Origin: Octopus bimaculoides
Lineage: Eukaryota
Direction: 5' to 3'
Length of the DNA: 64,000 nucleotides
Assembly: GCF_001194135.2 (NCBI RefSeq)
Contig: NC_068993.1
Location: forward strand, 63,457,134 to 63,521,133
In this document: positions 38,465 to 52,437 of the stretch, piece by piece
Numbering within the stretch: the stretch's first letter is position 1
Layout of the letters: every line of letters starts with the position of its first letter
Program-made: the position numbers and the translations under genes
Notes under the pieces: generated by a model
Seen by the model: the letters and a program-made list of their open reading frames with translations, nothing else
Told to the model about the DNA's origin: nothing
The model's database searches: none

Positions 38465-41400
38465 GACTGTCTGTCTATTTGTCTATCTATCTAACCATCT
38501 ATCTATTTATCTGTCTGTCCATCCGTCCGTCTGTCTATCTATCTATCTATGTGCACATTTGCATGTCCATGTGCATATTTCGTGTGCATCTTGCATATGC
38601 ACATGTGTGTGTGTCTGAATGTATGTTTGTGGGTGTGTATACTTACACCTGTACACACACATTATTGCAGAGTTCTGGTTTCAAACTCTAATTCATTAGT
38701 TTAGGGTTTTTCTAAAACTAATGAACATTTTACACCCAAAATGCATTCTCATATAACACACACACACACACACACACATGCACACACAATTGATTAAGAA
38801 GCTCCCTTCACAAACACAAGGTCCAGATTTAATCCAAATTTGTGGCATTTTAGGCAAATGCTGTTTTCCATGGCCTCCGACTGGTCCATGGAAAGTACAT
38901 AGAAGCCCATCAGGTGAATTGTGGCTTTGACTCAAAAGGTGCAGCTTGGTCACTCACACACTGTGCCATGTTGATTCTAGCTGGTAAATACGTTTAAGGT
39001 ACATGCATCATCATCATCATCATCATCATCATTCAATGTCCATTTTCCGTGCTGGCATGGGTTAGAGGATTTGACAGGAGCTGACAAGCCAGAGGGCTAC
39101 ACCAGGCTTCAATTATCTGTTTTGGCACGGTCTCTATGGCTGGATGCCCTTCCTAATATGCCAACTACTTTACAGAGTGTACTGGTTGCTTTTTACATGG
39201 CACTAGCACCCATGGGCTCAGAAGGCAAGGACCCCGTCAGCTGAGAGAGAGGGGGAGTGGAACTGAGAGGTTAGAGTTTGACAGAAGGACAGAGGTGGCT
39301 CTTTTTACTGTTGAGGGGATACTTGGGTGCCGTAGGGGGATGAGGAAGAAGAGGACGGTGGGAGAGAGTTAGGGAGACAGTTGGAACAAGAGAGGGAGGG
39401 CCTACCCATAGTGAACAGTCAGGGGGTGGGGTATAAGTAATACAAAAAGCAGAAACATTAAGTACTGGGGTTAATTTGCTTGACTAAGATTTTTCGAGGA
39501 AGTTGCTCCAGCATGGCTACAGTCAAATGACTGGAGCAAGAGAAAAGATAAAAGATGCATGTGCGTACATATGTGTGTGTGTATGTACGTGTGTGCGCAT
39601 GCATGTGTGTGCGCACGTGTGCATGCATGCGTGTGTGTGTGTTTCCATTATTATATTTGATTTATTTATTGTTTTGGTTTCAGCCCTTCTCTCAGATGTG
39701 TGTGTGTTTGTGTACATGTGTGTGCACATACACGTGTGTGTGCACATACACGTGTGTGTGAGAGAGTGTACTACGTTCTACTGTTTACATAAGATGGATA
39801 CAGTAATCACAAGATGCGAAGATCCCTTTCTGATTGATGCTGAGGGTTTAGAATTTATTCTTTTATAAACTATTTTTCTTCCACCATCCTTTTGTATTTG
39901 TTTAACCCTTTGCAAAGAGCAAACATCCTGAAGAGAAAACATCCTGTATGCATTTGCGTGGATGGAGAGAGAGAGTCTGGAGCGATGCCAAGAGCCAGGT
40001 TGATGGAGTCCCAGATGATGGTTATTTCCTTGTTTCGAAAACAACTTCCAACAACAAACCCAGATGTTCACCAATTCCTCTTTTCACTTTCACCTGTCTA
40101 CATAATACACACTTTACTCCTGTGAGTCAATGAAGTAGCTTCCATGTGAGGATTTCAGCTTGCAAGAAATGGTAGTTAAATCAGCGTCAAAAGCTCATTG
40201 AACTTCTTGGCTACACAGACATCCCTCTATGTATGTATGTATCTACACACACACGCTTCTATTGAACAGTGAGAATGAGTGTTCAACAACCAGTGGTAGA
40301 TAAATATTCTTTATTTGTAGAGGACTACCATAGGTTTCATGCAGAGGACTACCATTGGTTTCATGCAGAGAGAAATCTCTAAATAGATATCAAACTTGCC
40401 TCATAGAATGTAGGTACTCGTCTTCCTCTTCAGGAGACGAGTACCAAATAAAAGAAGCACAAGTGTTAATCTTATTATTGATATTATAATCGAGTTTTGG
40501 AAGTATTCAGTTCTGATTTGGAATCCAACTGGATTGATATTGCTTTCTCTCTCTCTCTTCTAGGCTGATAAATATCAGTAATGTACTGGGGGCCTGACTG
40601 AATCAGCTTTATGCTCCTCTTTTAGAATTGTGTCTGACTCGGGGTCAATAAAGAGAAGGACATCTTATGCGTATTATGTCTGCAAAAACAAGTTGAGATG
40701 GTCACAATTGGAATGTTTTTGAACATGGGGTTTGTTAGATCTGATTTGACTGGGAGGGGGGATCGACAACGAGAAAGGAAAGACATATTGAAGAATACTT
40801 TTGATAACAAGTCTGCTGGATCAGGGCTGACCTGGGGTTAAACAACAACAACAACAACAACAGGTGTATTCCACTTTGTTATTGATGCTCTCGAGACAGG
40901 CATGAATGTTACAGCATCTCATGCTCTGTTCTGTCTTAGAAAGAATTACCAAACTCTCTCTCTCTCTCTCTCTACATAAGAAAGCAATTAAACATTAAAA
41001 AAACAAGTAAAAAAAAAAACAGTNNNNNNNNNNNNNNNNNNNNNNNNNNNNNNNNNNNNNNNNNNNNNNNNNNNNNNNNNNNNNNNNNNNNNNNNNNNNN
41101 NNNNNNNNNNNNNNNNNNNNNNNNNNNNNNNNNNNNNNNNNNNNNNNNNNNNNNNNNNNNNNNNNNNNNNNNNNNNNNNNNNNNNNNNNNNNNNNNNNNN
41201 NNNNNNNNNNNNNNNNNNNNNNNNNNNNNNNNNNNNNNNNNNNNNNNNNNNNNNNNNNNNNNNNNNNNNNNNGGGGGGGAGTGAGCGAATGATGAAAAGT
41301 GAAAGTAAGAAAGGAAGGGAGGAAGAAGAAAAGAAGTTCGTGGGAGGGGAGTAGGTGGAGGGAAGTGGAGCAAAGCAAAAGTCAAATAAGCACAGCAACA

Positions 41401-41690
41401 GTAGTGATGCTGATGCTGATGATGATGCTAATGATGATGATGATGCTGATGATGACGACAATAACAAAAAAGAGTAAATCCAATTAAAAAAGATGGTGTT
41501 GAGATTAACATGATGAATACATATGAATGGATGTACTGCATCTGTTCCTGCTTACAAGAATACAGGAATAGGACATGGTTGCATCGCATCTATCTATGCA
41601 TACATACATGTAGATGCATGTTTATATACATATATATATATATGTTTATGCATCTATATATATGCATGTATGTGCATATATATATATATA

Positions 41691-41904
41691 TTAGGTTGGT
41701 GCATAATTATTGTGGGTTTTTTTCAATAAATTTTATTCAACAAAAAATTTTAACAAAATGCCAATTTAACCAAAACGCCAAGCAGCAATTGAAGTAGATG
41801 GTGAATATGCTCTGGAATAATCATTTAAAAATGCTTTTGATAAATGTTATTGTTTTGTTGAATAAAATTCGTTGAAAAAAAGCCGCAATAAATATGCATC
41901 ATGT
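41691..41904. mobile_element. Mariner-type MITE with ~55-bp imperfect TIRs, TA on the left
   Basis: Left TIR ttaggttggtgcataattattgtgggtttttttcaataaattttattcaacaaaa; right TIR ttttgttgaataaaattcgttgaaaaaaagccgcaataaatatgcatca. Inserted in a (TA)n tract. Confidence 0.8.
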
Positions 41905-42507
41905 TTTCTGTATGTTCTACATGGAATACAACTCATATATCACGTATTAAATCCGAACTGTGAGATCACCACATACATCATCCTTTGAATGCTATGCAAT
42001 GCACGTGGCCCTTTCTCCTGTGGCCTAATGAGGTAGTTGTCAAGTGTACAGGGATCCTTAGAACATACAGAAAATAGCAGACAGAAAATGGCACCGCTAA
42101 TCTCACTACACTTATTGCATAATACTACAGAAGAAGAGGGACTCTGGCAAACAGAAAACCATAGGGGAAAATTGTATGTAACCAAGGTGCACAGAGCTGC
42201 ACTCTGTTATGCAGTGAAGATAAACGGTTAAAATGAGACGAGAATAATAATAATAATATTTTAATTTCTTTATTGCCCACAGGGGGCTAAACAAGGACAG
42301 ACAACGGGATTACGTCGATTACATCAACCCCAGTACATAACTGGTACTTATTTAATCGACCCCGAAAGAATGAAAGGTAAAGCCAATCTCGGTGGAATTT
42401 GAACTCAGAATGTAATGGCAGACGAAATATTGCTAAGCATTTTGCCCGGCGCCCTAACGATTCTGCCAGCTGATGATGATGATGATGAAAGCTACATTTT
42501 CTCTCCC

Positions 42508-42538
<31 letters not shown>

Positions 42539-43295
42539 GCTGCTATCTCTGGTATATTTTGAAATCTGGTTCAGAAGAAAATCTGTCAAAAGACCCTTTC
42601 CCCATCACCAGCCCCACCACCTCCAAGAAAAAACATCAACCACTTTGTTGTTGTTGCTGTTATTGTTGTATCTATCATGTCCGCCAGTCACAGTCCTCAT
42701 CACCATGGTGATGTTATTGTCATTGTTGTTGTTTTTTTTCCCTAGGCTTTGTATTTTTGAATAGTCTGTCCCTTTAATGTATTCCTTCCAGAACAGGCAG
42801 ACGGAGGTGGCGGTGGGGGAAGGGGGATGATCCTCCCTTAGACCACCAACAGGTTTTGGCTGCTGCACTGACTTATATTTTTTTAAATTTTTTTATTTCC
42901 TCTTTTATATTTTGTTTTTTACTTCTTGTGAGAGTCTAAGACCAGAAGGAAGTCTTTGATTGATCACTTCCTGTCTGGGGACAGTGTCAAGAATATCAAA
43001 CAGGTATTGAGAATCAATGGCATTACTTCATTTGGTTGCTAAAAGACTTCATGTAACGAGCCAAATGATTTTTAATTTAGCGACACTTACATTTGTATTG
43101 TGCGAAATAATCATTATCTGATACAGAAAGTGTGGGGGGGGGGNNNNNNNNNNNNNNNNNNGGGTGTTATAAGTTGAGTTTTTACTCGGTCCAAGTCTCT
43201 GCATTCTGAGTTCAAATCACACCAAGTTCTAATTTGCCTTGGATTTTCTGGAATCGATAAAGTCTCAAATACTGGGATCAATTCTCTCCCTCTCC

Positions 43296-43357
<62 letters not shown>

Positions 43358-44266
43358 TTATTGTTTGTTTTTTAAGTACTGAAGTTGGACTAAAAATGCT
43401 TCAAAGTGGTGCCCCAGCATGGCAGCAGTCTAGTAACAGAAAGAAGCAAAAGAAAAAAGAAAAGAGGAAGCAACAAAAAGAATAGAGAAGGAATTGGTTG
43501 ATGGATTTGAAAGGGGCAGTGGGAGATTTGTGGTGAGAATGGAATCAAGAAATGGTAAACTGGGAAGAAAAAGGAGAGGAAAGTAGACAGGCAGAGACGA
43601 CACAGGGAGGGGGATGCAGGCACAAGTGCCCCTCCCCCCCCCACTCCTCAAAAAGTGTTCCATAATTAGAGATCAATGTCGTTAGTATAATTTATTTATG
43701 GAGTAAGCAGAGTGTGTGAGTGTGTGTGTGTGTGTGTGAGTGTGTTTAGAATCAATGTTTTCTTTGGAGATGAAATACATCAGCACTTTCTCTATAAAGT
43801 GTTACATGCACAAACAGACACACACACACACACACACACGCAAACACACACACGCACACACACACACACATGCACACACTTCAAAGTCCTCTCACATACT
43901 TCTCCTTGTGTTGTCTCTTTGATCCTCACATATACCTACCCAGATAACAACAATACCCCTTTACCTACCCAGATAGTAACAATACCCCCCACCCCCATAA
44001 CCCTTGTTAATCCTGCTGCATTCCCACCACCACCACACCGCCATCTCCAATGCGGTTTCACTTCATTTCTACCATTGTTTATATTATATTGTGGAATCTA
44101 TTTATCCAGAAATAAAACCCTGGGTACACAATACCCTTTGCAGCTTACTGGCAACACTCTACTTCATCTAGAACCACCACCACCACCACCACCACCACAT
44201 ATTACTTTAGGCTTCTCTCGGTCTCCACAACTCAGAGAAGACTCTTTACTGAACACACATGCATGC

Positions 44267-44301
<35 letters not shown>

Positions 44302-44988
44302 GTGTCTCATTGCATGCATATGTATGACATCATCTGTGTCTGCATTTATAGGTAATCAAATATGCGTATAAACGTGTGTCTGCACACACACACACACACA
44401 TGCACGTGCATACCTAATATATATAATCTGTATGTATATATATGTATGCGTGTATGCGTGTGTGTGTGTGCGTGTGAGTATCAGTAGACGTATGTGTGCG
44501 TACCTATTGATGATTTAACAAGTGCCATAACTCATGCAACCCAATACGCCATCTGGGCAAAAATTCTTCTTTCTATTTTTCTTCTCTTCTTAGTTGATGC
44601 GGATGGTTTGCAATAGTTAGAACTCTCTTTACTATTATTATTATTATTATTATTATGATTGTTATTATTATTATTACTATGTTGTTACCAATTATGATGA
44701 TGATGATGATGATGATGTTGAGGCTGTTGATAATGGTTTCTTGTTAAATAAACATTAAGGAAGCTGACAGAGTGGAGCAGAGCATCTTATTTGAGCTGAA
44801 TTACTTATTGTTGTTTTTTGTGATTTCCTTGTCTGTTTGTTTTGGTTTGTTTGTCTTTCTTTTTTTATACTTTTTAAAAGGTGTAATGTTTAACATCGTC
44901 TTCTTTCTCTTTTCTCAGCCTCTCATCTCACTGTTCATCTGTATACCTCACGCTCTCATATGTAAACATATATCTATGCACAAATATA

Positions 44989-45032
<44 letters not shown>

Positions 45033-46445
45033 ATTGTGTTATATATATGTATATATACATACATACACACACACACATATACATATACAACAGAAATAAA
45101 GGACACATATATACATACATATATACATACATATATACAATTTTTACTACTATTGAATATCCCAAGTTCTGTCATATAATATATACAGACAAGGAGTATA
45201 AACATGTACCTTATAATGTTAATAATAATAATAATAATGATAATAATAATAATAATAACAATGATGATGATGATGATGATGATGATGATAGTAAAGCCCT
45301 ACCGACCATGTTCAGTGTTCTCAAATTTTGTTGTTGCAAGTGTTGTGCAATTCAAAGAGTTCTTCTTTTTGTCCCTTTCTTCTTCTTGTTATGCTTTTTT
45401 TTTAAGGTTAAACAAGTACTCTTGTTGTTGTTGTTGTTGTTTAGTCCCAGGTCAGGTTTGATTGAATGAATTCTAATCAAATGTACTCCAGCCTTGACCA
45501 CTTCACTGGTGGTTTACCAAAAAAAAAAAAAACAGCTCCCCTTTGCAACCATGTGGTTCTAGGTTTGATACTGCTGTGCAATACCTTGAATAAATGTCTT
45601 TTATTGTAGCAAAAACTTTGTGAATAGAATATGGTAAATGGAAACTGTGTGCTAAGATGTGTGTGTGTGTGTGTGTGNNNNNNNNNNNNNNNNNNNNNNN
45701 NNNNNNNNNNNNNNNNNNNNNNNNNNNNNNNNNNNNNNNNNNNNNNNNNNNNNNNNNNNNNNNNNNNNNNNNNNNNNNNNNNNNNNNNNNNNNNNNNNNN
45801 NNNNNNNNNNNNNNNNNNNNNNNNNNNNNNNNNNNNNNNNNNNNNNNNNNNNNNNNNNNNNNNNNNNNNNNNNNNNNNNNNNNNNNNNNNNNNNNNNNNN
45901 NNNNNNNNNNNNNNNNNNNNNNNNNNNNNNNNNNNNNNNNNNNNNNNNNNNNNNNNNNNNNNNNNNNNNNNNNNNNNNNNNNNNNNNNNNNNNNNNNNNN
46001 NNNNNNNNNNNNNNNNNNNNNNNNNNNNNNNNNNNNNNNNNNNNNNNNNNNNNNNNNNNNNNNNNNNNNNNNNNNNNNNNNNNNNNNNNNNNNNNNNNNN
46101 NNNNNNNNNNNNNNNNNNNNNNNNNNNNNNNNNNNNNNNNNNNNNNNNNNNNNNNNNNNNNNNNNNNNNNNNNNNNNNNNNNNNNNNNNNNNNNNNNNNN
46201 NNNNNNNNNNNNNNNNNNNNNNNNNNNNNNNNNNNNNNNNNNNNNNNNNNNNNNNNNNNNNNNNNNNNNNNNNNNNNNNNNNNNNNNNNNNNNNNNNNNN
46301 NNNNNNNNNNNNNNNNNNNNNNNNNNNNNNNNNNNNNNNNNNNNNNNGGGGGGGGGGGGAGAGTGGGAATTGTGATAGGCAAGACTGATCAAAAGCACGC
46401 CATCCATGACCAACACAACATTTGGTATTTATACATTGTTTAATG

Positions 46446-46640
46446 CAGGGGTTCTCAACCATTTGTTATCCATGAACCCCTTTCACTACTATTTTATTCT
46501 GGTGGACCCTCATAGCCACTTGATGTCTAAAAACTAGTTTTATAGAAACTCCTTTCAAAATTCTTATTCTGTTTTTCACATGAAAGGCAAAGTTGACCGA
46601 AATAGAATTTTAACCCAGAATACAAAGTATTGGCAGGAAA
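46446..46640 (+). mobile_element. hAT/Charlie-like MITE, left portion
   Basis: caggggttctcaaccattt...cccctttca...tattttattct, similar to the start of 63246-63503. Confidence 0.5.
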
Positions 46641-47115
46641 TACTGTCGACTCATATGAATGCCACAGGTAGAAATTAACTGATTGCTTTCCATTTACCAG
46701 GAAATTCACAGAAATGAATGAAGGCTTTTCATATTTGTTGAAAAATTCTTCTGACAGAATCGTTAGCATGCAGGGTGAAATGATGAGTGGCATCTCATTT
46801 GTCTTTATGTTCTGAGTTCAAATTCCCCTGGGGTTGACTTTGTCTTTCATCCTTCCAGGGTTGATGAAATAGTTACCAGTTAACCCCCACCCTTGAAATT
46901 GCTGGCCTTGTGAGTGTTTAAAAAAAAAGGGGGGGGGGGGTTATTATTATAGAATCAATTAATTTGAAGCAATTATGTCTTTTACCATTTACTTTATGAT
47001 ACTTAGAATATATAGAAGTGATTAGTATTTCAAAAATGATAGAAAATAATTCTCCAAAGCAGAACAAAGACAAAATTGCATGAGGAAATCTATTTAAATA
47101 TTGTTCGATACAATC

Positions 47116-47148
<33 letters not shown>

Positions 47149-47344
47149 GTAATAATAAAAGACTGACAGTTGGCTCGAGGGAATTTCTTATAAATAAAAG
47201 ATTAATTTCGAACAAATACAAACTTTGAGTGTTATTGGTTGAATTAATTATGAGGAAAATATGGTTGTGTCCCGCAAGAAAATTATTCATAATATTTGTT
47301 ATAATGTTCACGACAACTTTTAAATAATATATAGACATATTTCG

Positions 47345-47715
47345 TCTTACTTGTTTCACTCTCATTAGACTGTGGCCATGCTGGGGCACTGCCTCGAAGA
47401 ACTTTCAGTTGAAGGAATCAACCCCAGGACTCATTTTTGTTATTGCCTGGTACTTATTCTATCAGTCTCTTTTGCTAAACTGCTAAGTTACAGGAATGTA
47501 AACACAACAACGCCAGTAGTGAAGTTGTGGCAGAGGATAAACACAGACAATCACACACAACAGGCTTCTTTCAGTTTCCATCTACCAAATCCACTCACAA
47601 GGCTTTGGTCAACCTGAGACTATAGTAGAACACACTTGCTTAAGCTACCACACACTGGAACTGAACCCGGAACCATGTGGTTGGGAAGCAACCTTCTTCC
47701 CACACAGCCATGCAT
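47345..47715 (-). mobile_element. SINE family A, near full length (tRNA-like head, body, short CA spacer, tail)
   Basis: All modules are contiguous. Similar copies lie at 37395-37690(-), 49215-49555(+) and 60067-60295(+, internally deleted); heads at 37258-37372(+), 51075-51230(+) and 61285-61410(-). Confidence 0.85.
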
Positions 47716-49118
47716 ATTAGGATTATTTTTATATTTTCTACAGTTATAACTATTTGAATTCTCCATGTGATTAGTTGTCACCATGTCACCCACTTTTTTC
47801 ATGTGTTAAGTTGTCACCGTGTCACCCACTTTCTTTCTTTTCTCTTCATTTCTCTTCTTTGCTTCCATGCTTTATAGAAATCAATATCCAACTCTCCAAA
47901 TATGGTTACGTTATCCATATATGTATATACCAAAGAGCTCCAGCATGGCCAGATCCATTGGCCTGAAACTAGTAAAAAAATATAACTTCATACACAAACA
48001 TTCTAACCCACGTGACCTTTTCTTCATGGTACAAGGTGTGGGGTGGGCGGGGGTGATATAGCAATTTGGGGTCAGCTGATCAATATTCTTAGATTTATTT
48101 TCCCAATATTAAGTATGTTTTGTCACTATTTTATATGCTGTGCAAGTAGTGATGAAGATCTTGTCAAAGAGTAGAAATCTTGACTTCAATTGGAGACGAA
48201 CTTAAAAACCGTTTGCCTACAGTGTGTGTACATGTGTAAATGTGTATAGATGTGTGTGTGTGTGTGTGCGAATGTGGTGTATGTGTGTGCATGTGTAAGT
48301 GCATGTTTGTGTGTGCATGCATGAGTGAATGTGTTTATGTGTGCATGCATACACGTGTGTGTTTGAAGGCCTGTGTTTGTGTGTGCATGTATGTGTGTAT
48401 GTGTACACACGTGTGTGTCAGTGCATGTGTGTGTTTGTGTGTGTGTGTGCACTTGATATCTTCTCAGTTACTCTTAGATTAACCATAAAGCTAAAAATAA
48501 TCCTTTGAAAGCAGACCCAATCCAAATCTGCCCTCTCTACAGATATTGCGCTTTACCAAATTTACCAGTTGTAGTGAAGACCTCCAAGACTTCTTTTTTT
48601 CTTCCAAATAATATAAAGATAAAAGATTATCTCAGAAATGAGGCAGCACCGAAAACAAAATAAAAACACATCACACAACAAACTGATGTCAGTTTTGCAG
48701 ATAAAATTTAGTTTTATTTCTTGCTTTTTCCTGTTTTTTATCTCTTTTAATGCCGACGCTGATGTTTAATCAAAGAACATCCTGCAGCATAAAAGCTTCA
48801 AGCCCTGAACCAACCCAGGAACCTCGAGGTGGTTGCTTAAATCTACTAAAAATAGCAGTTAAATCTTGCTAAAATCACATTCCGTTGTCTAAGATGAAGA
48901 AGAATCAGACACTATAATCTTTGATATATATATATTTAGATGAGATGGTCATGACTGGAACTGGCTTTCTGTTTACATGGCATTAACTTCCTCAGCTTCA
49001 CTGTAATTTAGGAGACGGAAACTATGCAGAAGTTTGTTGTGTGCATGGATGTATGTGTGTGTGTGTGTGCGTGTGTGTGTGTGTGCATGTATGTGTGTGT
49101 GTGTGCATGTGTGTGTGT

Positions 49119-49193
49119 ATTCCCATGTCAAGGTGTAGTGGTTTTCACATCTGCCTAATGCAGAAGGTTATGAGTTCAATACTCCCTGGAACC
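49119..49193 (+). pseudogene. tRNA-Val pseudogene (probably AAC-derived)
   Basis: ggtgtagtggttttcacatctgc-ctaat-gcagaaggttatgagttcaatactccctggaacc parallels eukaryotic tRNA-Val (GTGTAGTGGTTATCAC.TCTGC.....GCAGAAGGT...GGTTCGA....TGGAACC). The anticodon loop is only 5 nt and the 5' acceptor strand is disrupted. Confidence 0.6.
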
Positions 49194-50802
49194 GAAGTTA
49201 ATTGTTTCTAAGTATAGACGTGGCTGTGTGGTTAAGAAGCTCATTTTGCAACCACACAATTCCAGGTTCAATCTCTCCACTAGGCAGCACCCTGAGCAAA
49301 AGTATTCTAACCTATAGCCAACCAATGTCTTGTAAGTGAATTTGGTAGAAGGAAACTGTGTGGATGCCTCCTGTGTATGTGTGTGTGTTGCTTGACAACT
49401 GGGTTGGTTTGTTTACATCCCCATCATTTAATGGTTTGGCATAAGAGATTGACACAGACTTTAAAATACATACTGGTGGGGGGGGGCAATTGTAGTAAAT
49501 CCTTCAAGTGAGTGCTCCAGCATGGCCACAGTTCAGTGACTGAAAGCAAGAAGATGTTAAGCATAAAACCATAATGTCACAAAGTGAGAATAAAGTTTGG
49601 TCAATTAATTTGGATTTAATGAGGGATTGCTTAATTGTTTTATTGACCCTTTTCCATAGAAAAGAGGCAAAGTTGATCTCCTTGGGAAGAAGAATCTAAC
49701 ATGGCATTAAAAGAAGATAAAGAAATGGATAAATTCCATTGAAGTGTGCTGAACCTTCCAACCAATTTTATCATTGAAAAATGGATGTAAACCTGTTAAA
49801 AGAAATTCTTTGAATAAAGAATCTGTTTGGTTCCAGTTCACTGATTTGGTGAAAAAAAAAAAATAATAGTAATGAATAGATAAATAGAAAAGAAAGAAAA
49901 ATATAAGAGAGAAGTGGAGTGGAGGGGGTAATGATGGGGGCAGGAATCTGACAAATGGAGATAAATAAAGAAGAATTATGATGAAAGGAAGAGGTTTGAG
50001 AAAAAAAGGGGGTTAGAATTACAAAGATTTAATGGGAATGATGGGGGAAGGAGATAGGAGAGGGGTGGATAGGGTAGGGTGGGGGAGCAATGAACAACCA
50101 AAAACAAGAATGAAAGAAAGAAAGAATAAGAAAGATGAAGAGGGTGGAGTCAGTGTGTTTGTAAGATAAGGGGAAGGGAAAAGAAGGAAAAGTTTATATA
50201 GCTGACAGGGGAGGGGGGGGGGCAGGAGAAAAGAGAGAATATGAAGTTAAGGAAGAAAAAGAGGAGAGAGAGAGAGTGTAAAACAACACATCTCTCTCTC
50301 TCTCTCTCTCTCAATATANNNNNNNNNNNNNNNNNNNNNNNNNNNNNNNNNNNNNNNNNNNNNNNNNNNNNNNNNNNNNNNNNNNNNNNNNNNNNNNNNN
50401 NNNNNNNNNNNNNNNNNNNNNNNNNNNNNNNNNNNNNNNNNNNNNNNNNNNNNNNNNNNNNNNNNNNNNNNNNNNNNNNNNNNNNNNNNNNNNNNNNNNN
50501 NNNNNNNNNNNNNNNNNNNNNNNNNNNNNNNNNNNNNNNNNNNNNNNNNNNNNNNNNNNNNNNNNNNNNNNNNNNNNNNNNNNNNNNNNNNNNNNNNNNN
50601 NNNNNNNNNNNNNNNNNNNNNNNNNNNNNNNNNNNNNNNNNNNNNNNNNNNNNNNNNNNNNNNNNNNNNNNNNNNNNNNNNNNNNNNNNNNNNNNNNNNN
50701 NNNNNNNNNNNNNNNNNNNNNNNNNNNNNNNNNNNNNNNNNNNNNNNNNNNNNNNNNNNNNNNNNNNNNNNNNNNNNNNNNNNNNNNNNNNNNNNNNNNN
50801 NG

Positions 50803-51010
50803 TGTGTCTGTATTTGTCCCCCCACCATCGCTTGACAACCGATGCTGGTGTGTTTATGTCCCCGTAACTTAGCAGTTCGGCAAAAAGAGACCGATAGAAT
50901 AAGTACTAGGCTTACAAAGAATAAGTCCTGGGGTCAATTTCCTCGACTAAAGGCGGTGCTCCAGCATGGCCGCAGTCAAATGACTGAAACAAGTAAAAGA
51001 GTAAAAGAGT
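50803..51010 (+). mobile_element. SINE family A 3' tail, apparently little decayed; 5' part hidden in the preceding gap
   Basis: ...cgcttgacaaccgatgctggtgtgtttatgtccccgtaacttagc...ggtgctccagcatggccgcagtcaaatgactgaaacaagtaaaagagtaaaagagta, with CpGs retained. Confidence 0.85.
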
Positions 51011-51246
51011 ATATATATATATATATAAATGTATGCATGAGTATGTGTGTGTGTGTGTGTGCATATATATATGTGTGCATGTGTGGTGAGAAGGTTGCTT
51101 CTCAACCACATGGTTCTGGGTTCAGTTCCACTCTGTGGCACATGGGGTAAGTGTCTCCTACTTATAGCTTCGGGTCAGCCAAAGCCTTGTGAGTGGATTC
51201 TTGTAGATGGAAACAGAAAGAAGCCCGTCATGTATATGTGTGATTA

Positions 51247-51282
<36 letters not shown>

Positions 51283-52241
51283 GAACATGTGTAGTCTGGG
51301 AGGAAAGAACATGATTTGGCAGTTCCGACAGCCGAAGCACACGGTTCTTGTTTGTCAACAATATAATTACCAGTGCTTTCACGTACTGCGAGTCCTTATG
51401 AGAGATGACGATGATGATGATGATTATGATGACAATGATGATGTGTGTGTGTGTGTGTATGTGTGTATATATATGCATGCATGCATGTACGTATGTGTGT
51501 ATGTATGCATGTATGTATGTATGTATGTCATTATTCAGTTTATTTCAAGATTTCTTGCCAATAGAGAAAGAACCGGTTTCTAACCTAGATCCAAGGCTCC
51601 TTCACTGGAATTTCAACATCAACAACAGAGTATTTTCATTTGTTTGTATGCATGCATGTATGTATGTATGTATGTATGTATGTATGTATGTATGTATGTA
51701 TGTATGTATGTATGTATGTGTGTGTGATTGTGTCTCCTGGTTTTAACATGTTGCGATAATTGTAAATGAGTGATTCTGTCACACAAGCAAAGTTGTTCAT
51801 CTCCAATGTTCTGTGCAAAACACGTCCAGCCATGGAGGGGAAATATTACCTTGTTTGGAAACGGGTGAGGGTTAGCAACAGGAAAGGCATCCGGTTATTG
51901 AAAAATCAGCTTCAATAAACTCTAGGAAAATGGCCATTAAAGCAATGATGGTGATGATGATATAAATATTTGTGATGCTGTGTGTGTGTGTGTATGTGTG
52001 TGTGTGAGAGTGTGTCTGTTACAAGACAGGAGTGCTGGACATAAATAAACAGACAGGCAGGCAGACAGACAGACAGGCAGGAAGACAGACAGCCAGGCAG
52101 ACAGGCAGCTATGAATGTAAAACAGAAACGAAGTAAATTAGGAGAAAATATGGCTCAAGTAGACAAGATGGCAGTAATAAAAACTGTACATGGATACTTA
52201 TCTATGGATACGTGTATTTTTTTAGGTATATATATATATAG

Positions 52242-52277
<36 letters not shown>

Positions 52278-52396
52278 ATGTATACGTGTATATAAATAAA
52301 CATATTTCTAACTGGTTTGTATATAAAACAGAGGAAATGGCTGTGTTCTATGGAGGAGGAAGTAAGACTAAAAGCAAAACCAGACAGAAGAATAGA

Positions 52397-52437
<41 letters not shown>

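Noticed and set aside
50062-50085. Canonical G-quadruplex motif (GGGG-tggata-GGG-ta-GGG-t-GGGGG)
   Set aside because: It lies in a purine-rich low-complexity tract with no functional context; such motifs are expected by chance here.
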